The translations under genes were made by a program, and so were the position numbers. From positions 398,146 to 462,145 of the forward strand of contig CAZFRF010000001.1 of the NCBI GenBank assembly GCA_964521295.1: a stretch of 64,000 nucleotides of DNA, read 5' to 3'. This stretch comes from an uncultured Gammaproteobacteria bacterium (lineage in GTDB: Bacteria > Patescibacteriota > Microgenomatia > Levybacterales > UBA12049). Under the pieces are notes generated by a model. The model ran no database searches and had not been told where the DNA came from. It saw only the letters and a program-made list of their open reading frames with translations. Positions 22,861 through 31,435 of the stretch are shown piece after piece. Positions within the stretch are counted from its first letter, which is position 1. Each line of letters starts with the position of its first letter.

Positions 22861-24036
22861 CTACTTGATCAATCGTGTCTTTACAAAATATAAGAATGTT
22901 ATCGCTACTATTGCTACTAATCCATATAATTCAATTTTACTAATCAATTCTGGATAACCAATTGAATAATCAGTAAGTAACACATAAGATACATAAATAA
23001 TTGAACAAAATATCGAAGAGACAATTACTGGTATAAATACATAATATTTTCTAGAAACAAACGCAGCTAAGGAAAATGGAAACATTAAATACCATGGCTG
23101 AAATGTTGTCCTGTAACTTGCAAAAATTATTGCTAATAAACTAACTATTGTAGAAATTAAAAATACATATTCATAATTTATATTTTTCTTAAGTCTTTCA
23201 AATATAATAACTCCTATAAAAATAGGAACTAAAATTACAGACGCATATTTAATACCAATTGAAAAAATTAATGACAAAAATGAACCAAACTTTTTTTTCT
23301 TAAGAAAAAGATAAAAACCCAAGAGTGCAAAAAATATTAAAGGGAAGTCATTATGAACCGAAACTAAACCTTCAAACATTACTAAAGGGTTTAAAGCAAA
23401 AAACAATGTATTAAAAATTTTTTCTTTTGGAAAAATGATCTCAGAAATTTTATATATTAAATAACAACTTCCTAAAAATGTTAAAACAATTAATCCTTTA
23501 AACAAAAAGAAATTAACAAGGAATATATTAAAAGCCATATAAGAAAGCGGTAGGGTCAAGACTAGCCAACTTGGCCCATAGGGATAAAACCTATGAGTCC
23601 ATCTCATAAAATTAAGCATTGGATCTCCTGCAAAATCTATTGGCGCATGGAAATAGGGATTTTGCTGATAAAAAGTAACTATTTTTGCATCAAAAATATA
23701 ATTAAATAAATCGTAAGAAAAAGCATTATAAGATAATCCTAAAATTATAACTACCAACGGAATTAATAATTTTAAATGGAATGATTTAATAATTCCTTTT
23801 TTCGAAAGAAACAAAAATAATAAATAATAAATAAATAAAAGCGTAGCAATAATCCCAAAAATAGTCGCTGAAAGAGGTCTTTGGAAAAAGCCAATATGCT
23901 GCATGAATTTTTGTACTGTCTGAAAAATAGAACTTTGAGAAAAAGTTAGGCTTAAATCAACCTGAGTAAAAGTATAGAGAAACAAAGCAATAATTACTGC
24001 TATGTAGCTTAAAATAAGCAGTTTAATTTTTGTCAT
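22861..24036 (-). CDS. GT-C alpha-mannosyltransferase-like membrane protein (MptB/GT87-like)
   Basis: SYDLFNY, NPY, YPYGP, NPL..E...HND, QPWY motifs. Confidence 0.7.
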   Translation of the reverse strand: MTKIKLLILSYIAVIIALFLYTFTQVDLSLTFSQSSIFQTVQKFMQHIGFFQRPLSATIFGIIATLLFIYYLLFLFLSKKGIIKSFHLKLLIPLVVIILGLSYNAFSYDLFNYIFDAKIVTFYQQNPYFHAPIDFAGDPMLNFMRWTHRFYPYGPSWLVLTLPLSYMAFNIFLVNFFLFKGLIVLTFLGSCYLIYKISEIIFPKEKIFNTLFFALNPLVMFEGLVSVHNDFPLIFFALLGFYLFLKKKKFGSFLSLIFSIGIKYASVILVPIFIGVIIFERLKKNINYEYVFLISTIVSLLAIIFASYRTTFQPWYLMFPFSLAAFVSRKYYVFIPVIVSSIFCSIIYVSYVLLTDYSIGYPELISKIELYGLVAIVAITFLYFVKTRLIK

Positions 24037-24791
24037 AAATTCTTGTATTTTCCAGAGAGCTCGCTTACGCGAATTCTTATTAAATCTTCTAATGCTTCGA
24101 CCGAATCTTTTACAGGGCTCACTCTTCTAGTTTCAACGTATAACCAATTAACACCAACTTCTTTAATCTTATACCCTCTCTTAGCAGCTAAAAACAAAAG
24201 CTCAACATCAAAACCTGCTTTTACAGAAGAACCGGAAATTTGTTTATATCCATTATGGAATTTTTCTAGTTTTGAAAAAAGATCATAAGCTACTGCCTTT
24301 TTAAATAGCTTAAAACCACATTGAGTATCATTTAGCCCTGCAAGACCAACAATCACAGATCTTAACATTATCATTCCTTTTGCCATCAATGTCCTTGTCC
24401 AGGGTGCGCCTTTTCGAGTAGAACTCCTACTACCAATAACAATATCGTAACTTTTTGTAAATTCTAATAATTTCTCTACTTCCTCAATTGGAGTTGCCTG
24501 ATCCATATCCGTGAATAACACCCATTGCCCTTTTGATTCCAAAACTCCTTTCGTTACCGCCCCTGCTTTACCACTATGTGTTCCTCTAATTAATTTAAAA
24601 TTCTTATCTTCCTTAACGAACTTCTCAACAAATTCAAAGCTTCCATCATTAGATCCATCATCAACTACGATTACTTCATATGCATATTTTTGTTTGGATA
24701 AATAATGAGCAACTTTGTCTAAAACACCTTTTTGCAGGTTGCTCATCTCATTATAAGAGGGAATTACTACAGACAATAAAATTGTATCCAC
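24033..24791 (-). CDS. Dolichyl/polyprenyl-phosphate glucosyltransferase-like GT2
   Basis: VIPSYNE, VDDGS, GKAGAV, FTDMD, DTQCGFKLF, FDVE. Confidence 0.8.
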   Translation of the reverse strand: MDTILLSVVIPSYNEMSNLQKGVLDKVAHYLSKQKYAYEVIVVDDGSNDGSFEFVEKFVKEDKNFKLIRGTHSGKAGAVTKGVLESKGQWVLFTDMDQATPIEEVEKLLEFTKSYDIVIGSRSSTRKGAPWTRTLMAKGMIMLRSVIVGLAGLNDTQCGFKLFKKAVAYDLFSKLEKFHNGYKQISGSSVKAGFDVELLFLAAKRGYKIKEVGVNWLYVETRRVSPVKDSVEALEDLIRIRVSELSGKYKNL

Positions 24792-24831
24792 GAATAGATT
24801 ATAGCTGAAAAATGAAGGGTAAACAAATAAT

Positions 24832-24860
24832 TTGTCTATAACTTCATTTTAAGGTAAAAT
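24832..24860 (+). promoter_or_regulatory. Sigma70-type promoter of tRNA-Glu
   Basis: TTGTCT(24832-24837)-17 nt-TAAAAT(24855-24860), 9 nt before the tRNA. Confidence 0.6.
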
Positions 24861-24869
24861 ATACACCAT

Positions 24870-24946
24870 GCCGCCATCGTCTAGTGGCCTAGGACGTCGG
24901 ATTCTCATTCCGAAAATCAGGGGTTCAACTCCCCTTGGCGGTACCA
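24870..24946 (+). tRNA. tRNA-Glu (anticodon CTC)
   Basis: Cloverleaf by eye: acceptor GCCGCCA/TGGCGGT, anticodon arm TCGGA-TTCTCAT-TCCGA, T arm AGGGG-TTCAACT-CCCCT, discriminator A, then CCA. Confidence 0.95.
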
Positions 24947-24968
24947 AACGAGATAGGGTGCTTGTCCA
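24922..24968. other. Left attachment site (tRNA-side junction)
   Basis: GGTTCAA(24922-24928)-12 nt-GTAC(24941-24944)-17 nt-TTGTCCA. Confidence 0.75.
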
Positions 24969-26463
24969 TATATCGAATAGATTGATATATCGGGCTAATT
25001 CTATGGTTCAATGTTCCATTATAGTCCCAAGCTATTTCAAAGAGGAAGATTGAACCAAGAAGCACCCTGATCTGACTAATATTAGATCTTTTATAAGTTT
25101 CTCCTAAATCAGCTAGCAATGTTTTCATAAAAGTTGTTAATGCCTCTATATTATATTTATCCAATACCGAATCTTCTTTAACTATCTGCGCTCTCATTAT
25201 CTTATCTTCTATTATTGAATTTTGTTCTTTGAATATTTCATCAGAATAAATTCCTGATAGATTTTTTTCAATAAGTAATTCTCTAGTTGATTTCAATCTG
25301 ACAATTTCATCATCAGCACTTTCTTTAATTTTTTTCAGCCTAGAAAATCTCTCATTATAAGTTTTATACAAAAATTCCATAAATAGATCTAAACACTCTT
25401 TTGTTGGCGTTATCTCTTTTAATAATAGTATTAGTGCTTTTTCCAAATCTTTTACTTTTATTGAGGAATTAGGACAATTATTACTGCAACGATAGTACGC
25501 ATACATTGCACTTCTTCCCTTGCTCCAAGCTGCTGTTAATCCAGCGCTACATCTACCGCATTTTATTATTCGTCTTAGTGGAAACTCTGGATTTTCAAAG
25601 TTTCTCCTGGAAAGCGCAATTTTGTTAGGATTTCTACCATCTAGAATAGCCTGAACTTTATAAAACTTTTGCTCAGTAATCATCGGCACATGTTGGCCCC
25701 TTATCTCCTCCGGATATTTCTCAGAAGTCAAAACACCCATGTAAAATTTCAATCTAAAAATTCTATTAACAGTTTGTGGCCTTAGCTTATATTCTCTATT
25801 TTTTATTTTCGTCCTAATACCCCAGCTATTCATAATCTCTGCCATTTCAGATAAGCTTTTTGTTCCTGTCGCCATTAGATTCCAAGCATTGTTAATCAAA
25901 TCAAAAGTTTTTGGATCTTTTACGGCATATCCTGATTGAAATACATATCCAATTGGCGGTTTTGAGCTTATTAAGCCTGTCTTAAATCTTGCACGCATTC
26001 CATGCTTCGTTCTTTCACTTCTTATATCATTGTCCAACTGTGCAAATCCAGCAAGAATAGTTTCAACTAGCTTTTCAGTAGGACTATTACCTGTTGGTTC
26101 AGTGGCAGAAAGAATTACCACTCCGTTTTCAGCAAGTTTCTTTCTAATTGCTAAATAATCTCCAGTCTGCCGAGAAATTCTATCTAACCTATAAACAAAT
26201 AGTGCCTGAATTCTGTTTTTGTTTTTTCGAGAATATTCTAACAATTCAATAAGAGCAGGTCTTCCTGAAATATTCTTGGCTGATCTTCCTTCATCTTTAA
26301 ATATGTTAATGATTTCATATCCCCTTTTGACTGCCTCTTTTCGACAAATATCTTCCTGCGTCCTTAGGGAAAAGTTCTCAACCTGCTCCTCAGATGACAC
26401 ACGCAAGTATATAATTGCTTTTTTACCTGCTTCATAAACAATGGGATAACCGCTTGGCTTCAT
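24925..26463 (-). CDS. Large serine recombinase (integrated form, ending inside the tRNA)
   Basis: YLRVSS catalytic Ser, LDRISR, recombinase domain, zinc ribbon CGRC...YYRC...C, coiled coil; stop codon lies on the antisense of the tRNA T-loop. Confidence 0.95.
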   Translation of the reverse strand: MKPSGYPIVYEAGKKAIIYLRVSSEEQVENFSLRTQEDICRKEAVKRGYEIINIFKDEGRSAKNISGRPALIELLEYSRKNKNRIQALFVYRLDRISRQTGDYLAIRKKLAENGVVILSATEPTGNSPTEKLVETILAGFAQLDNDIRSERTKHGMRARFKTGLISSKPPIGYVFQSGYAVKDPKTFDLINNAWNLMATGTKSLSEMAEIMNSWGIRTKIKNREYKLRPQTVNRIFRLKFYMGVLTSEKYPEEIRGQHVPMITEQKFYKVQAILDGRNPNKIALSRRNFENPEFPLRRIIKCGRCSAGLTAAWSKGRSAMYAYYRCSNNCPNSSIKVKDLEKALILLLKEITPTKECLDLFMEFLYKTYNERFSRLKKIKESADDEIVRLKSTRELLIEKNLSGIYSDEIFKEQNSIIEDKIMRAQIVKEDSVLDKYNIEALTTFMKTLLADLGETYKRSNISQIRVLLGSIFLFEIAWDYNGTLNHRISPIYQSIRYMDKHPISFGTAKGS

Positions 26464-26807
26464 TTCCCACCTCTTTCATGTAAAAATTCATTTAATGTTC
26501 TATTTCCCAGAATACTTCGCTCATAATCATCAAGCCAGCTTGCAATCAAATATTGAATTTCAGCAACAACCTCTTCTAATTGTTCTTTAGAGAATTCATT
26601 AGCTACTTTACCTAATATTTCCCTTGCTCTCTGGATCGATTTATCTTCATATTGCTGCTCAGGAAATAAAATATCCAAAGACTCTTTAATTGATCTTGAA
26701 GAATGTTTTATTCCTGGACGTGTAGGGCCTTCGCTATTTAAAACATTTATTAACGGTGTAGTAATTTTATCTTTACTTATTATTAACTGTTGTTCTGAAA
26801 CTTGCAT
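26460..26807 (-). CDS. Hypothetical protein translationally coupled to the recombinase
   Basis: ATGA overlap with the recombinase start; GAGGTG RBS inside its 3' end; promoter upstream. Confidence 0.75.
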   Translation of the reverse strand: MQVSEQQLIISKDKITTPLINVLNSEGPTRPGIKHSSRSIKESLDILFPEQQYEDKSIQRAREILGKVANEFSKEQLEEVVAEIQYLIASWLDDYERSILGNRTLNEFLHERGGK

Positions 26808-26818
26808 ATTTGAGCCTA

Positions 26819-26867
26819 ATACTATCGATATATCGATAGTATATATCTATATTTAGATAGTTGTCAA
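26819..26867 (-). promoter_or_regulatory. Recombinase-operon promoter with a 24-bp palindromic operator
   Basis: TTGACA(26867-26862)-18 nt-TATACT(26843-26838), overlapped by the perfect palindrome ATACTATCGATATATCGATAGTAT (26819-26842). Confidence 0.7.
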
Positions 26868-26965
26868 GGAGTATTTGTGCCTAAATTAACAATCTGTTTT
26901 ATAGATTTTCTTGTGTTATACTACGCACAAGAAATCTACTATTACTGTCTACCTGCTCGAAGGAT

Positions 26966-29506
26966 ATGAATAACATTCAGCAGTTTGAAGCAAGTAACAT
27001 ACTTCATTTACTGTCCGCCAATCTATTAGGGAATCCTATTGCCAAAATCAGCTTTCCCCTCGTTCTATATGTCATAGTATTCTTAATAATTTGCTTGGCT
27101 ATATACGTTTTAAGAAAACTTATTGTTCTAAAAATGTTTTTAGACGAAAAACAAATAATATTAGAAATTACTCCTCCACAATTTATCGAAAAAGAAGCAT
27201 ATACAACAGAGCAACTCTTCTCTCTTATCCACGCTTTAGGAAAACAAAAAACATTTATGGATACGCTACTTGGAAGAAAAGTTCAGTTTTCTTTAGAAAT
27301 TGTTTCAACGAAAAATGAAGGCATTAGATATTTGATTAGGACAACACCCGAAAAAGCAAATACTTTAAGAAAGACATTAATTTCCTATCTTCCCCAGATA
27401 ATTATTAAAACAGTTGATGATTATCTTCCTAAAAATGATGAATTGAATACTAGTGAATATAAAATTGTTGAATATAAATTAACAAATCATTTTGCATATC
27501 CACTTAAGAAACAAAACTTACTAGATAAGCACGATCCCATTTCGTACATAACAGGAATGATGACAAAGCTAAATTCTAAAGAGCTTGTATCTCTTCAGAT
27601 AATACTTACTCCCGTAGCGTTAAAAGAAACAAAGAAAATTGCAAAATATATACTTAAAAATGCAGATACTCTTCATTACCTTAATTCAACAAAACTTCTA
27701 AGGCTTTTATCAATAGCTCCGAGTAAAACAATTGAGAGACAATCGTCATCTGAGAAAAAGATAATCGAATCAGTTGAAGAAAAAATAAAGCAACCACTTT
27801 TTAATACCTCTTTAAGGGTCTTCTTAATTTCAGATAGTAATAAGAATATTTCTGAAAGACTAAGTGGTATAAACTCTTCTTTTACTAGTTTTTCTGCTTC
27901 TAATTATCAATCAATAGCTTCCCGAAAATACTTAAACATTAAATTTATGAAAAATGTATTGTTATTTTCATTCAAAAAAAGACTTTCCCTACTAAACAAG
28001 TCTTTTCTTTCAATATCAGAAATTTCCTCAATATATCATTTTCCATTTGCGAACATAGTTAGCGCTGAAGATTTAGTTAAAACGCACAGCAAAACTTTAC
28101 CTGCTCCACTAAGCTTAAAACAATTAAATAAATATGAGGTTGTCTTTGGAAGTAACCATTATGGAGGCTCTATAACTGAAATTGGCTTAACTGAAGAGGA
28201 AAGGGCAACACATATGTATATTATTGGCCGAACCGGGTCAGGTAAAACCACGATGATGTTTTCAATGGCAAAACAGGACATTGAACAAGGCAGAGGTATG
28301 GCTTTTCTAGATCCCCATGGGGATGTTTCCGATGATCTTCTATCCATTATTCCGAAAGGGCGGCTGAATGATCTTGTTTATATAAATCCAATCGATTTAA
28401 AGTATCCAATCGGAATAAATATTCTAGAGCTAACCAAAGGACTTGACGCCGACGAAGCAGAGCTTGAAAAAGAAGTCGTTTGCGAAGGCGTTATTTCTTT
28501 ATTTCGAAAAGTATTCTCAAAAGAAGAGAATGTAAACGCTCATAGAATTGAATATATTCTCCGAAATGCTATTTATACAGCCTTTACAGTTGAGAATAGG
28601 ACTATCTTTACTGTATATGATCTTTTGAATAATCCTCCGTTCCAAAAACAGGTTATTTCAAAGCTAAAAGATGAGAACTTAAAAAACTTTTGGAAATTTG
28701 AATTTGGCAGAGCTGGAGATTATCAAGTGGTTAAAATGGTCGGTGGAGTTACAGCGAAGATTGGAAGATTTCTTTTTTCACCAACTGCTAAAAGAATTTT
28801 AGAACAGCCAATTTCAACAATTAATTTTGACCAGTTGCTAGATGAGAAAAAAATAATTATTTGTAATTTATCTCAAGGAAAACTTGGTGAGGATACCTCA
28901 AAACTTTTAGGAACAACTATAATGACCAAGATTCAACAGGCTGCTCTTAAGAGAGCCAATATTCCAGAAAACGAAAGAGTTCCGTTTTACCTATATGTTG
29001 ATGAGTTTCAAAACTTTGCAACCCACTCTTTTACTAAAATGTTATCAGAAGGCAGAAAATACAAACTGCGCGTAATACTTGCAGAGCAATCAACTTCTCA
29101 GCAGGATGATCGAAATATTGTGAATGTAATTCTTGCAAATGTAACAACTGTTGTAGTTTTTAGAAGTGCAAATTACATTGATGAAGAGTTGATGTTAAAT
29201 CAATTTGCTCCTTACATCGACAGAGGTGAGATATCAAATCTTCCAAAGTATAATTTCTATATTAAAATTTCAGCTCTTGTTCCGGAGGAACCATTCTCGG
29301 GAGTTACGATCTATACGCCACTTAAAAAAGACTATAAATTGATTGAAGAATTAATTAATGCTTCCAGAAAAAATAATGCGATAGTCTATCAAAAAGTAAA
29401 ACAACAAACTGTTGAAATTTCAACTAAAGACACCGAAGAAAAGAGTATGAATAGCAGAAATATTATTAATACTAAAGGTGGATTTCCTGTTAGTAGAGTT
29501 GCTTAA
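26966..29506 (+). CDS. VirD4/TraG-like type IV coupling ATPase
   Basis: N-terminal TM; RATHMYIIGRTGSGKT (Walker A), DPHGD, LYVDEFQNF (Walker B), LSEGRKY. Confidence 0.8.
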   Translation: MNNIQQFEASNILHLLSANLLGNPIAKISFPLVLYVIVFLIICLAIYVLRKLIVLKMFLDEKQIILEITPPQFIEKEAYTTEQLFSLIHALGKQKTFMDTLLGRKVQFSLEIVSTKNEGIRYLIRTTPEKANTLRKTLISYLPQIIIKTVDDYLPKNDELNTSEYKIVEYKLTNHFAYPLKKQNLLDKHDPISYITGMMTKLNSKELVSLQIILTPVALKETKKIAKYILKNADTLHYLNSTKLLRLLSIAPSKTIERQSSSEKKIIESVEEKIKQPLFNTSLRVFLISDSNKNISERLSGINSSFTSFSASNYQSIASRKYLNIKFMKNVLLFSFKKRLSLLNKSFLSISEISSIYHFPFANIVSAEDLVKTHSKTLPAPLSLKQLNKYEVVFGSNHYGGSITEIGLTEEERATHMYIIGRTGSGKTTMMFSMAKQDIEQGRGMAFLDPHGDVSDDLLSIIPKGRLNDLVYINPIDLKYPIGINILELTKGLDADEAELEKEVVCEGVISLFRKVFSKEENVNAHRIEYILRNAIYTAFTVENRTIFTVYDLLNNPPFQKQVISKLKDENLKNFWKFEFGRAGDYQVVKMVGGVTAKIGRFLFSPTAKRILEQPISTINFDQLLDEKKIIICNLSQGKLGEDTSKLLGTTIMTKIQQAALKRANIPENERVPFYLYVDEFQNFATHSFTKMLSEGRKYKLRVILAEQSTSQQDDRNIVNVILANVTTVVVFRSANYIDEELMLNQFAPYIDRGEISNLPKYNFYIKISALVPEEPFSGVTIYTPLKKDYKLIEELINASRKNNAIVYQKVKQQTVEISTKDTEEKSMNSRNIINTKGGFPVSRVA

Positions 29507-29686
29507 AAAATGTACCTACGTGTAGGTACAAAAAATTAACAAAATTGAAGCTAAAAATGTGAAAAGCGCAGACTCTTTATACTTATATAAATATAAGGGG
29601 ATGTAAATGAATCTAAAACAAAGATTAAAAACCTGATATCTGTGTAACTCTTCTGCTCTCTGCTCTAATTTACTAATTAATTTAAA

Positions 29687-30448
29687 ATGAAACTTCAACC
29701 AATTACTAAAACACAAAAACTCATACTTCTACTCCTCTATAAATTTCGCTTCTTAACTGTAGCCCAATTGCAACAATATCTTAACCATAAAGACCCACAT
29801 AGAATTAAAGCTTGGCTTAATGATTTAAAAGATAAAAAATATATATCTGCGGTTGTAGATACGAAAGACGTTACGGTTCCTTTTATCTATTGTCTCGCAA
29901 CTGGATCAAGACAAATTTTTAAAGAAAAAAATTATGATGAAGATTTCTTGAATAGAATATATAAAGAAAAAAGTTTATCAAAGGAATTTAAGAATCATTG
30001 CCTTTTTATTTTAGATATATATTTGTTCTTTCGCTCTCAACAAGAAAAAGATTCCATGCTTAATTTTTGTACAAGACAAGATTTAGCGGGTTTTGATTAT
30101 TTACCCGATGAAATTGATGCTTTTATAGAAGTTGGCATTAAAGACGAAATAAATAGATATTTCTTAGAACTATTTGACGAATATAGAAAAACAGCTGGAG
30201 AATCAAGATACGCTATTAGAAAATATATTTCGTATTCTGAAGAAGGTAATTGGCAAGGAAATACCGGGAATGCTCCATTTCCATCAATTCTTTTTGTTCT
30301 TCCAGATGAAAGACGAAAAAAACATATTAAATTTTATGGACATGCAAAACTGTCAAAAACTTTTGAAGACATTTCTTTATTCATAACTACAAAAAATAAT
30401 ATTCAATTTGCCAAGAAAAATATTAATATCTGGCAAAAGATAAGTTAA
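29687..30448 (+). CDS. Replication-relaxation (Replic_Relax) family putative relaxase
   Basis: N-terminal wHTH LYKFRFLTVAQL, conserved His (NHCL), DAF..., YFLE.. nuclease-like region; follows the coupling protein gene. Confidence 0.7.
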   Translation: MKLQPITKTQKLILLLLYKFRFLTVAQLQQYLNHKDPHRIKAWLNDLKDKKYISAVVDTKDVTVPFIYCLATGSRQIFKEKNYDEDFLNRIYKEKSLSKEFKNHCLFILDIYLFFRSQQEKDSMLNFCTRQDLAGFDYLPDEIDAFIEVGIKDEINRYFLELFDEYRKTAGESRYAIRKYISYSEEGNWQGNTGNAPFPSILFVLPDERRKKHIKFYGHAKLSKTFEDISLFITTKNNIQFAKKNINIWQKIS

Positions 30449-30493
30449 ATAGAAAAATAAAAGTATAAACATTAGGCTGTTATCAAATAAAAC

Positions 30494-31381
30494 TTACCCA
30501 GCCTTATCTCCTGGAGGACAATCCACAAGCTCTGTTTCTATAGTTGCGTGCTCAATCTGAAAATCATTTCTAAGTTTTTCTTTAATTACCTTTACTACCT
30601 CTATGCTTTCTTCCAATGTGCATTTTTCAATGGTAATATGACAACTAAGCGCAGCGTCGTGAGAAGAAATTGCCCAAGCATGTAAATCATCTGCATTCTT
30701 TACATTGGGAGTATCAAGTATTGAATGCTTTACCTTTTCTATATCTAATCCTTCAGGAGTACCCTCTAGCAGCACATGAACAGAAGCTCTTACAACACTC
30801 CAGCTTCCTCTAATGAGAAATATTCCAATAACGACACTAATCATTGAGTCAAAGATTGACATTCCGGTAATCATAATCAAAACACCCGCTACAAGTGCTC
30901 CAAAAGAAGCCAGGGCGTCAAAGATCATATTCATGTAGGCGCTTCTCATATTCAGATCTTTCTTTTCGCTTCTGAAAAGTAATGCAACACAAATATTTAC
31001 ACAAAGGCCTATAAACGCCACTATTGCCACAATTCCCCCCTCAACAGATTGCGGCGTTAAGAATCTTTGATAAGCTTCATAGAAAATATAAAGAGCGAGG
31101 AGGAATAATATCAAGCCGTTTATTAATGCTGCAAGAATTGTGGCTCTTCCGTATCCATAAGTATGTTCATCATTAGCTTTTCTCTTTGCAACCCTATTTG
31201 TTAAAAAAGAAATAAGTAAAGTTAAAGCATCAGTTAAATTATGTCCTGCATCTGAAATTAATGCGAGACTTCCAGACAGAATTCCTGCAATGAATTCAAT
31301 AATAGTGAATCCAACACTTAAGAATAGGCCTATTTTAAGTTTCTTATCAAGTCTTTCAGGGATATTATGATTTTCGCTCAT
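30494..31381 (-). CDS. Cation diffusion facilitator (CzcD/ZitB-like)
   Basis: SLALISDAGHNLTD, TYGYGR, LLEGTP, DLHAW, HATIE. Confidence 0.9.
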   Translation of the reverse strand: MSENHNIPERLDKKLKIGLFLSVGFTIIEFIAGILSGSLALISDAGHNLTDALTLLISFLTNRVAKRKANDEHTYGYGRATILAALINGLILFLLALYIFYEAYQRFLTPQSVEGGIVAIVAFIGLCVNICVALLFRSEKKDLNMRSAYMNMIFDALASFGALVAGVLIMITGMSIFDSMISVVIGIFLIRGSWSVVRASVHVLLEGTPEGLDIEKVKHSILDTPNVKNADDLHAWAISSHDAALSCHITIEKCTLEESIEVVKVIKEKLRNDFQIEHATIETELVDCPPGDKAG

Positions 31382-31435
31382 GGCTTAATCTTAACATTTA
31401 GTTAAGTATAAAAATCACTTAGGCAAAATAAGGAA

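Noticed and set aside
24868-25053. 61-aa + strand ORF
   Set aside because: It is a translation of the tRNA-Glu gene and the recombinase antisense strand
29516-29716. 66-aa minus-strand ORF between the coupling protein and relaxase genes
   Set aside because: Overlaps the relaxase start in antisense, has no RBS or motif; the region is more likely regulatory
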